From NCBI GenBank assembly GCA_039096225.1, contig JBBPEB010000003.1:372001-436000 (forward strand): 64,000 nucleotides of DNA, given 5' to 3'. Position 1 is the stretch's first letter. Every line of letters begins with the position of its first letter. The translations under genes were made by a program, and so were the position numbers. Shown here one piece after another: positions 1-19,479 of the stretch. The notes beneath the pieces are model-generated. The model saw only the letters and a list, made by a program, of their open reading frames with translations, was not told the DNA's origin and did no database searches. The DNA comes from Blastocystis sp. Blastoise (taxonomy: Eukaryota; Protista; Bigyra: Opalinata).

Positions 1-311
1 ATAAAAATTATTAAGGAATAGTGATTCTAATTAAGAAACTATATACTATTGATATAATCAAATATATAAAGGAATATTCAATGTCATCTATTTATAATTA
101 TATTTAAAAGATAACAGTATATCTTCTTGAGTTAATTAAAACAATACAAATTATAATGTAACAATAAAACATTATGGAATACAAATAGTTAATATAATGA
201 AAACAATATAAATATATAAATATTAATAGTAAAAGAAATCAATGTACTTTGTAGTATAAATACAGTAATTAAGTAGTTGGATTAGATTAGTGATTTTGTT
301 GCTAGATGTTA

Positions 312-3046
312 TCAATCGAGTTTCTTTTTCTTTAATTTATCTATATATAATTAAGAATAGATTCTATATTATGTGAATTATGAATATAATACTTATAATA
401 TACATACGCTCTAAAACAGTAGTTATAAGTGATGAAGAATCAATGATATCAGAAGTTAATCCAATTGTCATTTGGGTTGTTGGATTAATAGTGTTTCTGT
501 ATTTGTTTTTTATATACACGAGATGACTGAAACCGCTCTCACAGAGATATGAAGTTGCAAAGGGAAGAAAACATTTCTTGGCTATATCATATAATAATGG
601 AAAACGACTCTTATGGCTTATATAGAACTCATCTATTGGTACGTTATTAAATTCTTCTCTACATGTTTTATCAGCAAGTAAACAGAAATACTCTTCTTTA
701 ACATGAAACTCCATTTTATTTTCGTCAGCTACTTTTGAAAATGGATTAGTAATCCAATATAAAGAATGATCAATAAGATTAGTTGTTGGTGTATTTTTTG
801 GTTTTTTTATGTTACTATTCGTTTTCTTCTGCTTTTTATTCTTTTGTACTTCTCCTTGATTTGTATTATTACTTATTTCATTTGGAATGATTGCCCCAAG
901 AGTTATTATACAATTGATATTAGCCTGAATTATATTTATATTACTAATGATTCCATTGTATTGTCCTTGAATACTACTATTAGGGAAATTATTAAGAACA
1001 CCAGAAATACTACCTAAAGTGTATCCATATACTAAATATGGAAAGTCAATTCTAATCGTTACTTGAGTTTCTATTAATTGCTGAGTAACTATGTCAACAT
1101 AGGTTATTAAGCCATTTACAACTCCATTTGGAGATACGCAACCTTGTAATGATCCAAGAATATTAAATTGGTTTGATACTACTGATGTATTGTTATTAAC
1201 ATTACTATTCACTTCATGAGATATATTTGATGTATTATGTGTATTTTCTTGGTCTATTAAATATTCATTAAGGTCTTGAAGATACGATTCATCACTACCA
1301 ATATAATTTAGTATTTCTGGGAAATAATTCAGTAAATTACGTCGAAGAGTTATTAGATGATTTTTGATATAAAATATGATTGAATTAATATCAAGCTTGG
1401 TTGTAGATACATAATCCTTAAGTTTCGTAAATGATGAATAATCGTTATTATTTATTAGTCTTTCTAATCTCAACGATAATTTTATAAATAAATCCTTCAT
1501 AATGTCTATTAACCCAAATATATATCTATGCTGTCCTTGCATTGATTTATTACAATCATAGAATAAACTGGTAACATCCTCAAGGTATAACATTGAAGCT
1601 ATGAAGTTAGTATCAATAATGGTGTTATATAAGTCCTTCTTTTCTTTATCCTTTTTTATTACTAGTGTTATTCCATTTCTAAGTAAATTAAATCTTTTAA
1701 TTGATGAATGGCATGAAAGCCATCTTGTAGGGCAATAAAGGAGAAGTTTATAACTTCTAATATTTTTTTCCTTTTTTTCTTCCTTCTTATCATTACTATA
1801 AACTTCATGAATATTATTATCTATATTATTATCTGTATCAGATGTATCTAAAAGGGATTCAACTACTTTATTATATTCTATCTCTAAAGAAGATATATTA
1901 TTAGGGGAATCAGGTATGTTATCTTGAGGAGAGAAGATAGAAGAGGTTAATGAATATTCATTATCAATATTGTAATTATTGGATTCGTCTTGTCTAACAG
2001 CAGACTTCTTTATATATGAAATTATCTCAACAGCACTTTTGAATATATTAGTGAAGTATTTTGGTAAACAGTTTACACAGAGTTCTTCTCTATGAAGAAA
2101 ACAGTGGATGAACATACAATTCTTATTCTTCTCTAGTACTCGTGTTTTGAAGGAGTTTTTGTCTCCATTCATATTCGAAGCACCGTCAAAAGTAGCTGAT
2201 ACGCAATTATTCCACAGAAGGTTATTATTATTAAAGAAATTATCTACCATGTTAAATATATTATCACCTGTTTTGGAACTAATCTGAAAAATACTTAAAA
2301 ATGATTCAGTAAACTTTTTATTATATTCGTATCTAGCATAAACGAGTAAATAGGATTTCATTTCTATGTCAGTTGACTCGTCAAGCTGAATAGAAAATGA
2401 TCCTGATTGTCTTATCCTATTTATTACTTCTTGTTGAATTGTCAAAGCAATTTCATCACTTTTTCTTTTGATACTGCTTGAGGATAACGGAAGATTAGAA
2501 AGGACTTTGACATTCTTTAACCTTTCATATTCTTCAATAATAGGTTTAACTAATTTTTCTCCAGTTCTGTAGCTGTATCCATTCTTTGAAATGGAGTAGG
2601 CGATGAAATATGAAAGCTTACTGGATAAATCTGAAAAGCTAAAGAGAGAATTTGAGTATTCTGTGTTTTCATTATGATCTTTTAAGAGTTCTTGAATGTC
2701 ATCATATGTATATTTGCTTAACCCATGTTTATTCTTGAAATGAGTGAAGAGTTTTGAGGCTTCATAACCTTTACACGTGAGAGTAGACTCACAGATTAAA
2801 CAAAAATAGGAGTTTTTTGTTAATTTTTTAAATCCATAAACAACTGGATTGGCATTATATCTTTTAACTCCTTCTTTTACTTCACTATAATATTTGGATT
2901 TAGGATTAATATCTGGTTTATTATTCGTTTCTTCTGTAATTATGTCATCATCTTTTTTTTTTTCGTCTGTTGTAGACTTGTCAATCTATATATATATATA
3001 TATATTACTATTAATATACTTGTAATTTTTTAAAGTACTGTTCCAT
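312..3046 (-). CDS. hAT-superfamily (Buster/Charlie, ZBED5/SCAND3-like) transposase, apparently intact, about 880 aa
   Basis: ATG at 3046 (MEQYFKKLQ), 34-nt GT-AG intron 3019-2986, then an open frame from 2985 that continues into the listed 693-aa ORF. Motifs: BED finger (YGF..CLIC..HFKNKH), GEKLVKP, LPLSSSSIKRK, LDESTD, FDGA, HCFLHRE (CxxH), PTRW, ATSYLCESGFS..IKNKYRN. Probable last intron ~407-341 gives the C-terminus HKLKKKKLD-stop at 312. Confidence 0.92.
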
Positions 3047-3230
3047 GTATTTAAACAATAAAAAAAGTTTATCTAATATAGAATGTTCTTTTTGGTTTAG
3101 CAAAACATTTTCCCTTATATTTTTGTTTTTCCCGTGTTTTCATCACTTAAAATAACTATGAAAATCACGGTAATAAAAAAGTAACTTTGTTATTTAAGCG
3201 CAAAAATTTTGGTCCTTTCGCTTAACGAGT

Positions 3231-3249
3231 AACTACGTGGTGACCCCTG
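3231..3249 (-). mobile_element. Putative 5' terminal inverted repeat of the hAT element (CAGGGGTCACCACGTAGTT)
   Basis: GC-rich CAGGGGT terminus typical of Buster/Charlie hAT ends, about 200 bp upstream of the transposase ATG. The partner end would lie left of position 1, so neither pairing nor TSD can be verified. Confidence 0.6.
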
Positions 3250-5051
3250 ATAACGAATTGTCTATTTGTTTTTCTATTGGATAATACGCTGATTCTTACC
3301 AATAATTTAAATGAATCCAACAAGAACATCTGTATGAAGGAATGATGTAATCAACAAAGAGACAGCGTATTTTCTATTTAATTTATCCATTTTGTGTTTT
3401 TATTGTAAAAATCTAAAATAGATCATTCTAAGATGTTCTATGAATATGAAAGACAATTCTTTACTATAATCATGGCCTTTCAAGAAGACTCTTTTGTCTG
3501 TCTTTCTTTTTGAATAGTTGGTTTATTACTTATATTTGAAATTCCCTGAAGTATCCATTTTTTTGTCAACGTTTATTATAGATTTAGAATCTAAAAAATC
3601 AATTGATCGAGTTTATTTGTCTACAAAAAAACATGGAATTATATATAGTAAAACAGTGTATATATTTTAAGTTGAATACGATGTAAATTGTCAACAGACA
3701 TAAACTGAAACATCTTTTTTACTTCAATAGATCACGTTATTCTATGTCACAAAAAGTGTACATTATATATACGAATACTTGAGAATATGTTTACATAAAA
3801 AAAGTAAAATATTTTCCAACTCCAACGAAATCATATGTTTGTCGTTACCTTATTATATTAATAGAAGTTTGTCCATATTTCTCTAGGCGTATAAATTATA
3901 TCTGAATCTTTAGAGACGATGAAAAAGAACATTATGTTTTTTCAAAAATAGAAAAGAATGCTAATGCTTACATTGAAATAGTTGATTCATTTTCTTATAT
4001 CATTTTGTTGTTTTTCTAAATGAATATTCATGTTGGTAATTACTTTCTCAAAACTGACCATTAGAACTATTTTGTTAAAAACATATATATATTGTTGTAA
4101 GAATATAAGGAAGCTAAAGAATGTACTATAATACTAAAATAGTATTAAAATATATACAATAACAAAAAAAACAAAAGTTTGAACAATTGAGAAAAAAAAC
4201 ATATGCTTTTTAACTTTTTGTTTAATTATTTATGCATAATACCTGTTTTTTTATTTTTAATAATACTAATAAATACAACTTTGTATTATTTTCATATTGT
4301 TTGACTCATTCATGCTATATATATGTTGTTTCAAATATAGGCTGGATGATAGTATTATTTCTTTTAATAAAATTGTAGAAATTACATTTTCATTTTGTTA
4401 AAAGAACACTGATGAAATAAAAAATATAACAATTATTTGATTTCTTTGATAAATTCTTTGTTGTCTAAATGAATCTGATCAAGAAACTCAATTTATCATA
4501 TATATATTCGAATAGATCTACATGTCCAGAATTACATAAGATAATTTATTCATATTAATCTTATAATTCAATTAATGTATAATTATATTATTGTTGTCAT
4601 AAAACATACTTTTTTGTTTAAAATACATAATATTGCTATTGAATGCTTTTTAAGATATACTGGATGCTAAATAAAAAAATTCCTCTTTAGAAAAAAAATC
4701 AATCAATGAAAAGTCTCTCATTATCTAACTGGTTACATTCACAAGAACTTCTAAAACAAAAAGAACACAAGCATAATAATTTTAGGTATATATAAATTCA
4801 AACAATCATTCATATTTTCGTTGCTATTTTTGTTATTTCAACAAATAAAACTCAATTTCAATTCTAGGAATTGATTCACTTACTATACTTTCAACATTCT
4901 TATGATTAATTCAAAATGTCTTTATCATGAAATCTTTTTTGTTTTTATATACTTACATTGCATACATCTATGTTCTACATACTATTTTATATAAAAATAT
5001 AATATTTAAATAATGATATCTATTACGAAATTGATTTCGAAAACTTGACAC

Positions 5052-5062
5052 TTTCCCGCCAA
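5052..5062 (+). promoter_or_regulatory. E2F-like site TTTCCCGCCAA upstream of SMC3
   Basis: Exact match to the E2F consensus TTTSSCGC about 60 bp upstream of the SMC3 ATG in otherwise GC-poor DNA. Binding is inferred. Confidence 0.5.
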
Positions 5063-5118
5063 CTTTATTCCCAACTTTTTTTGTTTCTTATCTTTATTTT
5101 AATAATTATTCTTCAGAA

Positions 5119-10602
<5,484 letters not shown>

Positions 10603-11021
10603 ATATATATATATATAGTTTACATATTATTATGTTATTATAAATCTTTGTTTGGTTCCTATTTGTTTAAAATATAATAAAGGGAGTATTTTATTCAAAC
10701 TAGTTGAAAATATAAATATTGAAAATAGTTTAATTGGATTTTTATTATTTAAATATAGGGTAGTATTTAAGAATATGAATCTCCTCTTTGTCCTCTATGA
10801 CTTTTAAATATATATAATTGATGATTATAAGAGTGAATTAATCTTTCAAAACCTAATTTCTTATTGTATATTTCTCTTTTATGGATATAATATTTTTGTT
10901 AATTTGCAAATAGAATTGTTATCACCTTTTATTCTTTTTATAAGTATATAATAATATATATAGTATTGAAGCAAACAGAACAAAACAAATAATCATAAAG
11001 TACATATATATATAATAGTTT

Positions 11022-12014
11022 TTAGAGGAATTGGAATGCATATAGCATAGCAGACTTACTACGTGGATTTGACTCAATTTCCCGCGGGGATGGAGTCAGA
11101 GGTGGATGTGTTAATACTTTTAGTGTCTATATATATATATATATATATTCTCTTCAATGATAATATAATAAATGAAATTATAGGATCATAGTTATTTATA
11201 TATGTATATATAATATTGATTATAGTTATGTATATAAATGATATCTTCTTTCGAGTATATACTCGTATTTCCGTGGGAATTTGATATACATCCGTTTCTA
11301 ATGTTTGTATATTTGTATAATTATATACATATTTCTTGAGTAATTTGATTTCCAGCGAATGAAAACAAATACATATAAATATACCCCCAGGGGAAAGAAC
11401 GGAGGGAAGTGAAGATAGAAGTGTCTATATATATTTATTTAAGAATATATATATATTTTATATATATAGAAGAATATATATATATATTTTTATTCTTATA
11501 AATATATTTATTTATAAATATATAAATATATATATATGTATATGCCTCGATATGAGAGAATTCTTTGTTGACAGCAATTCGAAATCCTTGGAAGATCTGA
11601 TTATATCTTTCTTTTGTTGCAACCTGCTTATAGGGTAAGATATTATCCAATAGATCGACGAGGTCACCGACAGTTTCAAACGGATATCTCTATATAAACA
11701 GTAGTCTTAATAATAATCAATATAATAAAATTAACAATAAATACTATAATAATAAATTCAATGATAATAAATATAATAGAACTATATATATATACACTTC
11801 TTCGTTTGATGATTTTATTGGCAATAAATTTACTTTGACTTCTGTCGATATCCCCGTAAATATTCATGATTTTCATGAGATCGTTAGCATCGAGATGGTT
11901 GACAAGATCAGCACAAGTGGCACCCTCTCTCTATAGAACAGGAAGGAGAGGAGGAGAAGGAGATATATAATAATAATAATAGTAAGTATAATAATGAGTA
12001 TAATAATTTTTATA

Positions 12015-12094
<80 letters not shown>

Positions 12095-12873
12095 TTGATT
12101 ATATCTCATATCTAATGGACTTTTCTTATCGCTATAACTAAACCCGCGGTTATCTTCATCGATATGACGTGAATTGAAACCGATATCTATAAATATACTA
12201 TCCACTTTGGAGGGTAATGCTATATATATATATAATACAATATAATATAATATAATATAATATAATACAATATAATATAATATAATATAATATAATATAA
12301 TATAATATAATATAATATAATATAATATAATATAATATAATATAATATAATATAATATAATATAATATAATATAATATAATATAATATAATATAATATAA
12401 TATAATATAATATAATATAATATAATATAATATAATATAATTAATAACAAAAGAAAAATAAGAGAAGAAAAAGTAGATATGATTCAATATTTAGAAATAT
12501 ACACATTTTATCAAGTATTGTGGGAATATTACTGAATGAATCGCATGCTAGATAGGTTCTATCAGCGAAGTCTGATAATGTATTTTGTAAAATGGGTATA
12601 TTTGTTGGGTCTCTATCAATACATAGCAACTTTGATGTTTTAAATTCATTCAATATTAATTTGGAATGACCACCGCAACCAGCTGTACCATCGACAATAA
12701 AAAAATCTTTTTTCTTGTTCAATTGCAATAATTTTAGTACAGAAAGTACCTGATATATAATAATAACAAATAAAAAGTTTGAAATATATAGAATGGTTAG
12801 TTACTTCATTCGCTAAAACTGGTGTATGAGTATTTGGAGGCCTAAAATGAGGTATAGTAGCTGGTATACGCAT
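11022..12873 (-). CDS. rsmH: rRNA small-subunit m4C methyltransferase RsmH/MraW (METTL15-like)
   Basis: HTPVL, DGTAGCGGHS, IDRD, RGFSY, PLDMR, FQGFRIAVNKE, FHSLE and NPRSKSAML motifs across spliced exons. The start is uncertain. Confidence 0.93.
12225..12440. repeat. (TATAA)n pentanucleotide array inside an rsmH intron
   Basis: About 40 near-perfect TATAA units. Source of the spurious YYIIL ORFs. Confidence 0.95.
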
Positions 12874-13372
12874 TTATCTCTGTGAATGATAGTTTAATAA
12901 AGATATTCTTGTCCAATAAAGTAATTATTAAATTTTATTTATTCTATTTCTGTAACTAAGAATCAAATGATTGTCTTATTCGTTTAAACTAATGAATGAA
13001 AAGATAAAAACATGTTTTTGGTAATAAATTCATTATTAATTAGAAAGATTGGTGTGTCAATTGACTATCATTTTTATATTTTCTTATTATTGATGGTGAT
13101 AGATAAACTGGTATTTAATCATGATGCATAAAATACATTGAAACTTTATAAATATAAACTAAATACAAAATGATGAAAGGAAAAGTACAAAAAAGTATCT
13201 ATATAATGATATAAGAAAAAAAAAGAATAATATAAATCCATACAATAGTATACATATTCAAAATTGAATATACAACATCAAAGAAAAAAGAAAATAAATA
13301 GATAATAAATAGTTTACCAATATATAATGATTATATATATAGATATATAGAATAGAGATAGACCTATACTGA

Positions 13373-13561
13373 TTACTTTCTTCTCTTTAATTGTTGTAAT
13401 GCCTTTTCCTTTGTCCAATGATTATCATTTAATGCCTATATATATATATATATATATATAGAATAATGATCAATAAACATGCTTAAAAGAAAGGTATATA
13501 TATGTATACGTTATGAACTGCATTCTTTGAATATCCTAGAGCCATAAGAGAAGCAATCTAT

Positions 13562-13630
<69 letters not shown>

Positions 13631-14446
13631 CAAATATAGATAACATAGATAATACACGCTAACATAAACATAAACATTAACATAAAATATAATAATAATA
13701 ATAAGCATATATATATACATCAGCTTCAGCTTCTGTGAGAATGTTTTGTTTGGCATATTTGGCAGTCCATTGAGCTGCTGTTTCTGTATATTCCTTGAAA
13801 TTATTCATATATTGAGAAGCAACTTGAGCATCCTATAAGCAAAAAGTGTAAAAAAGAATCAAATTGAAAATAAAGAATTAAATAAAAAAAATTAAATATA
13901 AAAAAAAACATAAACAAAAACATGAAATATACATTATAAATATTGAAATAATATAAATAAATATATACTTGAGGATCTGTAGGTTCAGCAGCTGTTAAAA
14001 GAGCTTCAATAGAAAGAAGAGTACTCTTTAAAGTAAATGCAGGAGTCCATGCATCTTTAAGAATATCAAGACAAATGGCACCAGTCTACTCAAAGATTAA
14101 TAGTTAATTAAATGAATTAGAGATATATATGCATATAATAAATAGGAGATATGATCAAATATTAAAAAAAAATATGTAAAAACCAGCTGGAAGTACATAC
14201 TTGAGAACTAATATTAGGATGCCAAATCTTTGTTAAGAAACGAACCTTTGGAGCTTCATAAGGGTATTGAGGTGTAATGTGAATAGCTAATTTGAAGAAT
14301 CCACCTTGAAAGGGAGAATCTGAAGGTCCTTTAATAAAAGCAACAAAGTTACGACGATTCTCATCAACATCAAGAAGACCAATATCTTTTAAGTCAGAGC
14401 CAGAAAGCATGGTCATTTCCTTCTTCAAACGAAGATCTACGTTCAT
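13373..14446 (-). CDS. UBE2K: Ubiquitin-conjugating enzyme E2 K (Ubc1/E2-25K) with C-terminal UBA domain
   Basis: [32 protein letters not shown]|[28 protein letters not shown], then UBA-like [23 protein letters not shown]. Confidence 0.93.
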
Positions 14447-15677
14447 ATTTACAGTATCTATTAATAAAGAGCAAAAATTGACAGAGTCAATCACACGAAA
14501 AGAAACTATGTTTTTTAAGATGTTTATATCGAAATTTTTTCTTTAGAATAATCATGGAAACAGAATATTTACAAAAAACAGAAATGAACAAATCCATGTT
14601 GGGATGTATTCCTTATTCTGTATTGACTAGGCTTTTTAAAAAACTTATCTTCTTTTTGTATTGGAGTAAAGATATATTTTATGGAGTTATCAGTCTTCAA
14701 ACCTGTCTTCGTGAAGAAAAACAAATATGTACAAATATATCTTCGAGGCTATAGAAAGTTTTTGATGAGATTATTTTCTTGAATATCGTAAATATGCAAT
14801 ATGAATAATAAGTTTAATACAAGTGAAGCTCAGATAAGAACGAGCTGGAAATATAGAATTTTCACATAGAAAAAGTATGTCTTTCTTCTTTAATGTGTGC
14901 TATAAACATCCAAAAAATGAGTTTGTATTATTTATTTTAAATAAAAATATACTGAAAAAGAAAATTAGCAGGATGGCACCATAATAAAATAAAAAATAAA
15001 TACTATTTAAAGATACATAAAGAGATTTTGAGTTTATTTTATTTCAAAGTAAAGCTTATTTGGAAAATCATATTCATGCTTTCATGCAAATGAAAAATGA
15101 GCAAGAGGATATATATTTATTTTCGTATACGCTGCCAATTATGAAAAATGTAAAATTTTTGCATGACAAAAAATTAAGGATTTACTTGGAGATACAAATA
15201 TGTACGTCATCGTTATAATATATAATTATCTTGCAATATGCAATTGACAATTATATGGATACATTTGTGTTGATGATTCAATTTTTTGTTATATTATATT
15301 ACTTAAATATCTTTTATATAGAACTATTATATCTAGATATTATAATAAAAATCGAATAAAGTAGAGATTGATAAAAGAAAAGTCTTTAGAAGGCGGATAT
15401 AAAAACGGATCCTATTTTACTTATTTGAGAAATAATGATATATTTAGTTATTACGGGGTCAAATCCATTATGAAGCATAATAAATAAAATTACATCTTAT
15501 TTCTAATATGGAGCGATTGTCAGAACTAACAAATAGGCAGTTGTCATTTGTCATTGAACGATTGTCTTCAATTTATTCAAACGATAGATGTATAAAACGA
15601 TATTCATATAATAGAGTCATAGAATATTATGTATAGCTTTATATTCGTTAATACGTCATGATAAAAAGGAAATTGAC

Positions 15678-16680
<1,003 letters not shown>

Positions 16681-17017
16681 ACTCTTTTTTTTATTATGTC
16701 GAAATCCATTATATATCAATCAATAGAAAACAACGTGTTATGTTTAATTATATAAAATTATTATGTGAGAAATATAGGATTGTCTTATTCTTTATGGATA
16801 GCTCTATTTATATATGTTTTCTTTTTTGAATCTATATAAATGATCATTAGTATAATAAAATTGTGTGTTTGAATAATGAAATCAATCTATTTTTATAAAT
16901 AAAAAACATATATGTTGAATGTGACAAATACTTAATAGAACAAAATACTCTATATAATAATATATTTGTTTTTCTATTTTAAAATAACTCATGATTATAT
17001 ATATATTAATATTATTA

Positions 17018-17925
17018 TTAATTTGGAATATCTCGAATGCCTCGTTGAGTTATAATAAAAGAGCGTTTTGAGACGGGTCTGGAGGCTGATACTAATATAT
17101 ACATATCTCTAACTATATCGTCACTTAAACCCATACTCTCACTATAGAAGAAGAATAATATATATAGAAATATGTAATATATAATATAATAATATATAAT
17201 AATCATATATAATATAATAATAATAGAAAAGCATTTAAAACAATGAGAATGACAGAAACAGGAATATATATATATATATATATATATCTATATATATATA
17301 TATACTCTTTAATAATGATATCAACAGGCACTCCTTCGGGATATGAACTCTTTCGTCGACATAACATATAACTATATATATATAGAAGCACATGAATTTA
17401 TATAAAAACATAACATTATGAATAATGATGATACAAATAAACATAATAAAATAATGACTAAAATAAGCATTATATATATATATATATATAAATTTCCTGA
17501 ACGAAAGATGGAACAATAGATCCAAGAGCTGGTTTAATAGGATGACCATATTCGTAGAGAGAAGGAGAAGGAGAAGAAGAAGAATCTGTAGTAAATACAT
17601 TGGACACCTATAATATATAGAGTATATTATTATTACTTGTATATATATAGTGAATGATCAAAAAGGAAATAATTAAATATTATTATATTTAAAAAAAAAA
17701 GTGAATCTAATACATATATATATAATGATAAATTATATATATATACTTGATTAATAATGATAAATGTGAGATCGTATTGTTGACAATAACTACGCAATAA
17801 CGTAAATAATTGAATCAACGCTTGTTGCTTCTGTTTAGATGCCTATTTTGTATTATATGTAGGAAAATATTTATATAGTTATAATTAATAGATTTATGAA
17901 GAATATTTATTAATTAATAATAGAA

Positions 17926-17976
<51 letters not shown>

Positions 17977-18810
17977 ATATAAAATAATAAATAAATAAAA
18001 TAAATATAAAATAATAAATATATATATATACATTCTTATACATTTCTTCCCCTCGAAATAACGCTGTCAAAGAATCTAGAATCACTAGTCGAACTGGCTT
18101 CTTTTCTAAAAGGGGTGGAATACTATTCTATATACATATATAATCATATAAAACACTTCATTATTATGCATAATTATTGATATTCTTAAATATGTAAGTA
18201 AATAATTACTATGGAGGAAATCAACTGGTCGAATGAATTAATTCTCTTTACTAATATATTATCTGTGACATTTGAATTCGTGAATTCTTTATTTTCCATC
18301 TTTAAAGTATTTAAATTCAGTTATATATACTTTAAAATATAATGAACAAAAAAATAATTAAATTTATAGGAATTTAACAAAAGATAGAAAAAATATGTTA
18401 GTAATATAGATACTATAAATTCATTTGCCATCTCAGCTAATCGATCAGATGGAAATATCCCTTCGGAACTCAAGTATATGGGTATTCCATTCAATCCTCC
18501 TTTTTGTTCAGAAAGTAAGCACTATATGATTCATTTTAGTATTCAGATAACATACCTGTAGACAAAGCTGCAAAGTAAGCTGAGTTTTACCTGCTGAGGA
18601 CTCACCTGTGATCTAAAAAATAATTTATTATAATCATAAATACATTATTTTAAATCAAAAACAGATTACCTCTGTTATTTTGTTTCTCTGAATTCCACCC
18701 CCGAGTAATTTATCCAACTCTGGACAACCAAGTGAGAGACAATGATTTGGTTTTTCATCTAATAATTCTTTAACTGTTTTACATCTTGATAATATTTCAT
18801 CTTCAGTCAT
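17018..18810 (-). CDS. XRCC3: RAD51 paralog XRCC3
   Basis: LSLGCPELDKLLGGGI, ITGESSAGKTQLTLQL (Walker A), GGLNG..YLSSEGIFPSDRL, ILDSLTALFRGE (Walker B), IIINQV, IKPALG, SFIITQRGIR. Confidence 0.88.
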
Positions 18811-18943
18811 ATTCTAATGTTTTTTATTATTCAACTGATTTCATTAATGTGTTAAACTCTATACTAAATTAAGTTTGAAACTTCTAATCATTTTTCACTT
18901 GTATTTCTTACTGTTTATATAGCCAAAATAACAATGAAATATC

Positions 18944-19240
18944 ACCGGATTAGTAGCGCAATCTGTAACCTGAGCAGGGGTAGAATCGTGGGATTATTCG
19001 GCTTAGTACCGTTATAATTGTAGTCATGTAGATAGTTTGCCTGTCTGAAGACGGGGGTAACCACGGGAATCTTAGGGTAACCTGAGGTGAACTGGGTTTT
19101 AAATAACGGGGGAACGCTGGAGGCTGGCAACAGAGCACAGAATACCCGTAGCCTTTGTGGATCGGATAGATTACAAGCTTGAATGATGGGTTATAAGCTG
19201 GCTGGGAATTGGATAAGACCTCGGTTTGAACTTCTTTTTT
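18944..19240 (+). ncRNA. Signal recognition particle RNA (7SL)
   Basis: GC-rich island of about 300 nt. 5' Alu-like domain GATTAGTAGCGCAATC-TGTAA-CCTGAGCAGG; helix-8 SRP54 motif GAGG-CTG-GCAA-CAG-AGCA (~19120-19137); long-range pairings TTGTAGTC/GATTACAA and CGGCTTA/TAAGCTG; TATA-like TTTATATA at 18914-18921; T6 Pol III terminator. Confidence 0.92.
19235..19240 (+). terminator. RNA polymerase III oligo-T terminator of SRP RNA
   Basis: TTTTTT directly after the 3' strand of the SRP helix. Confidence 0.75.
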
Positions 19241-19479
19241 CCTATGCTTTTTTTATGTTTATTGTATTTATGAATAATCATGGTTATTTTTTAGGCATCA
19301 TGAACCGGTAACCAAAATTATTTATAAGAAATGGCTTGCTGGATACATATAATCTGGAATAAGGGTTTAATGAATTATGAATGAAGAAATTATAAATGAA
19401 TTTCCCATTTGCAATTTCTTTATTGCTTTTTTTTTGTATAAAGTGTACTTATATTTTTTTCCAGCTGATAATGTAAAAG

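Noticed and set aside
18942-19138. Two short minus-strand ORFs in the GC-rich island
   Set aside because: The island is explained by the plus-strand SRP RNA.
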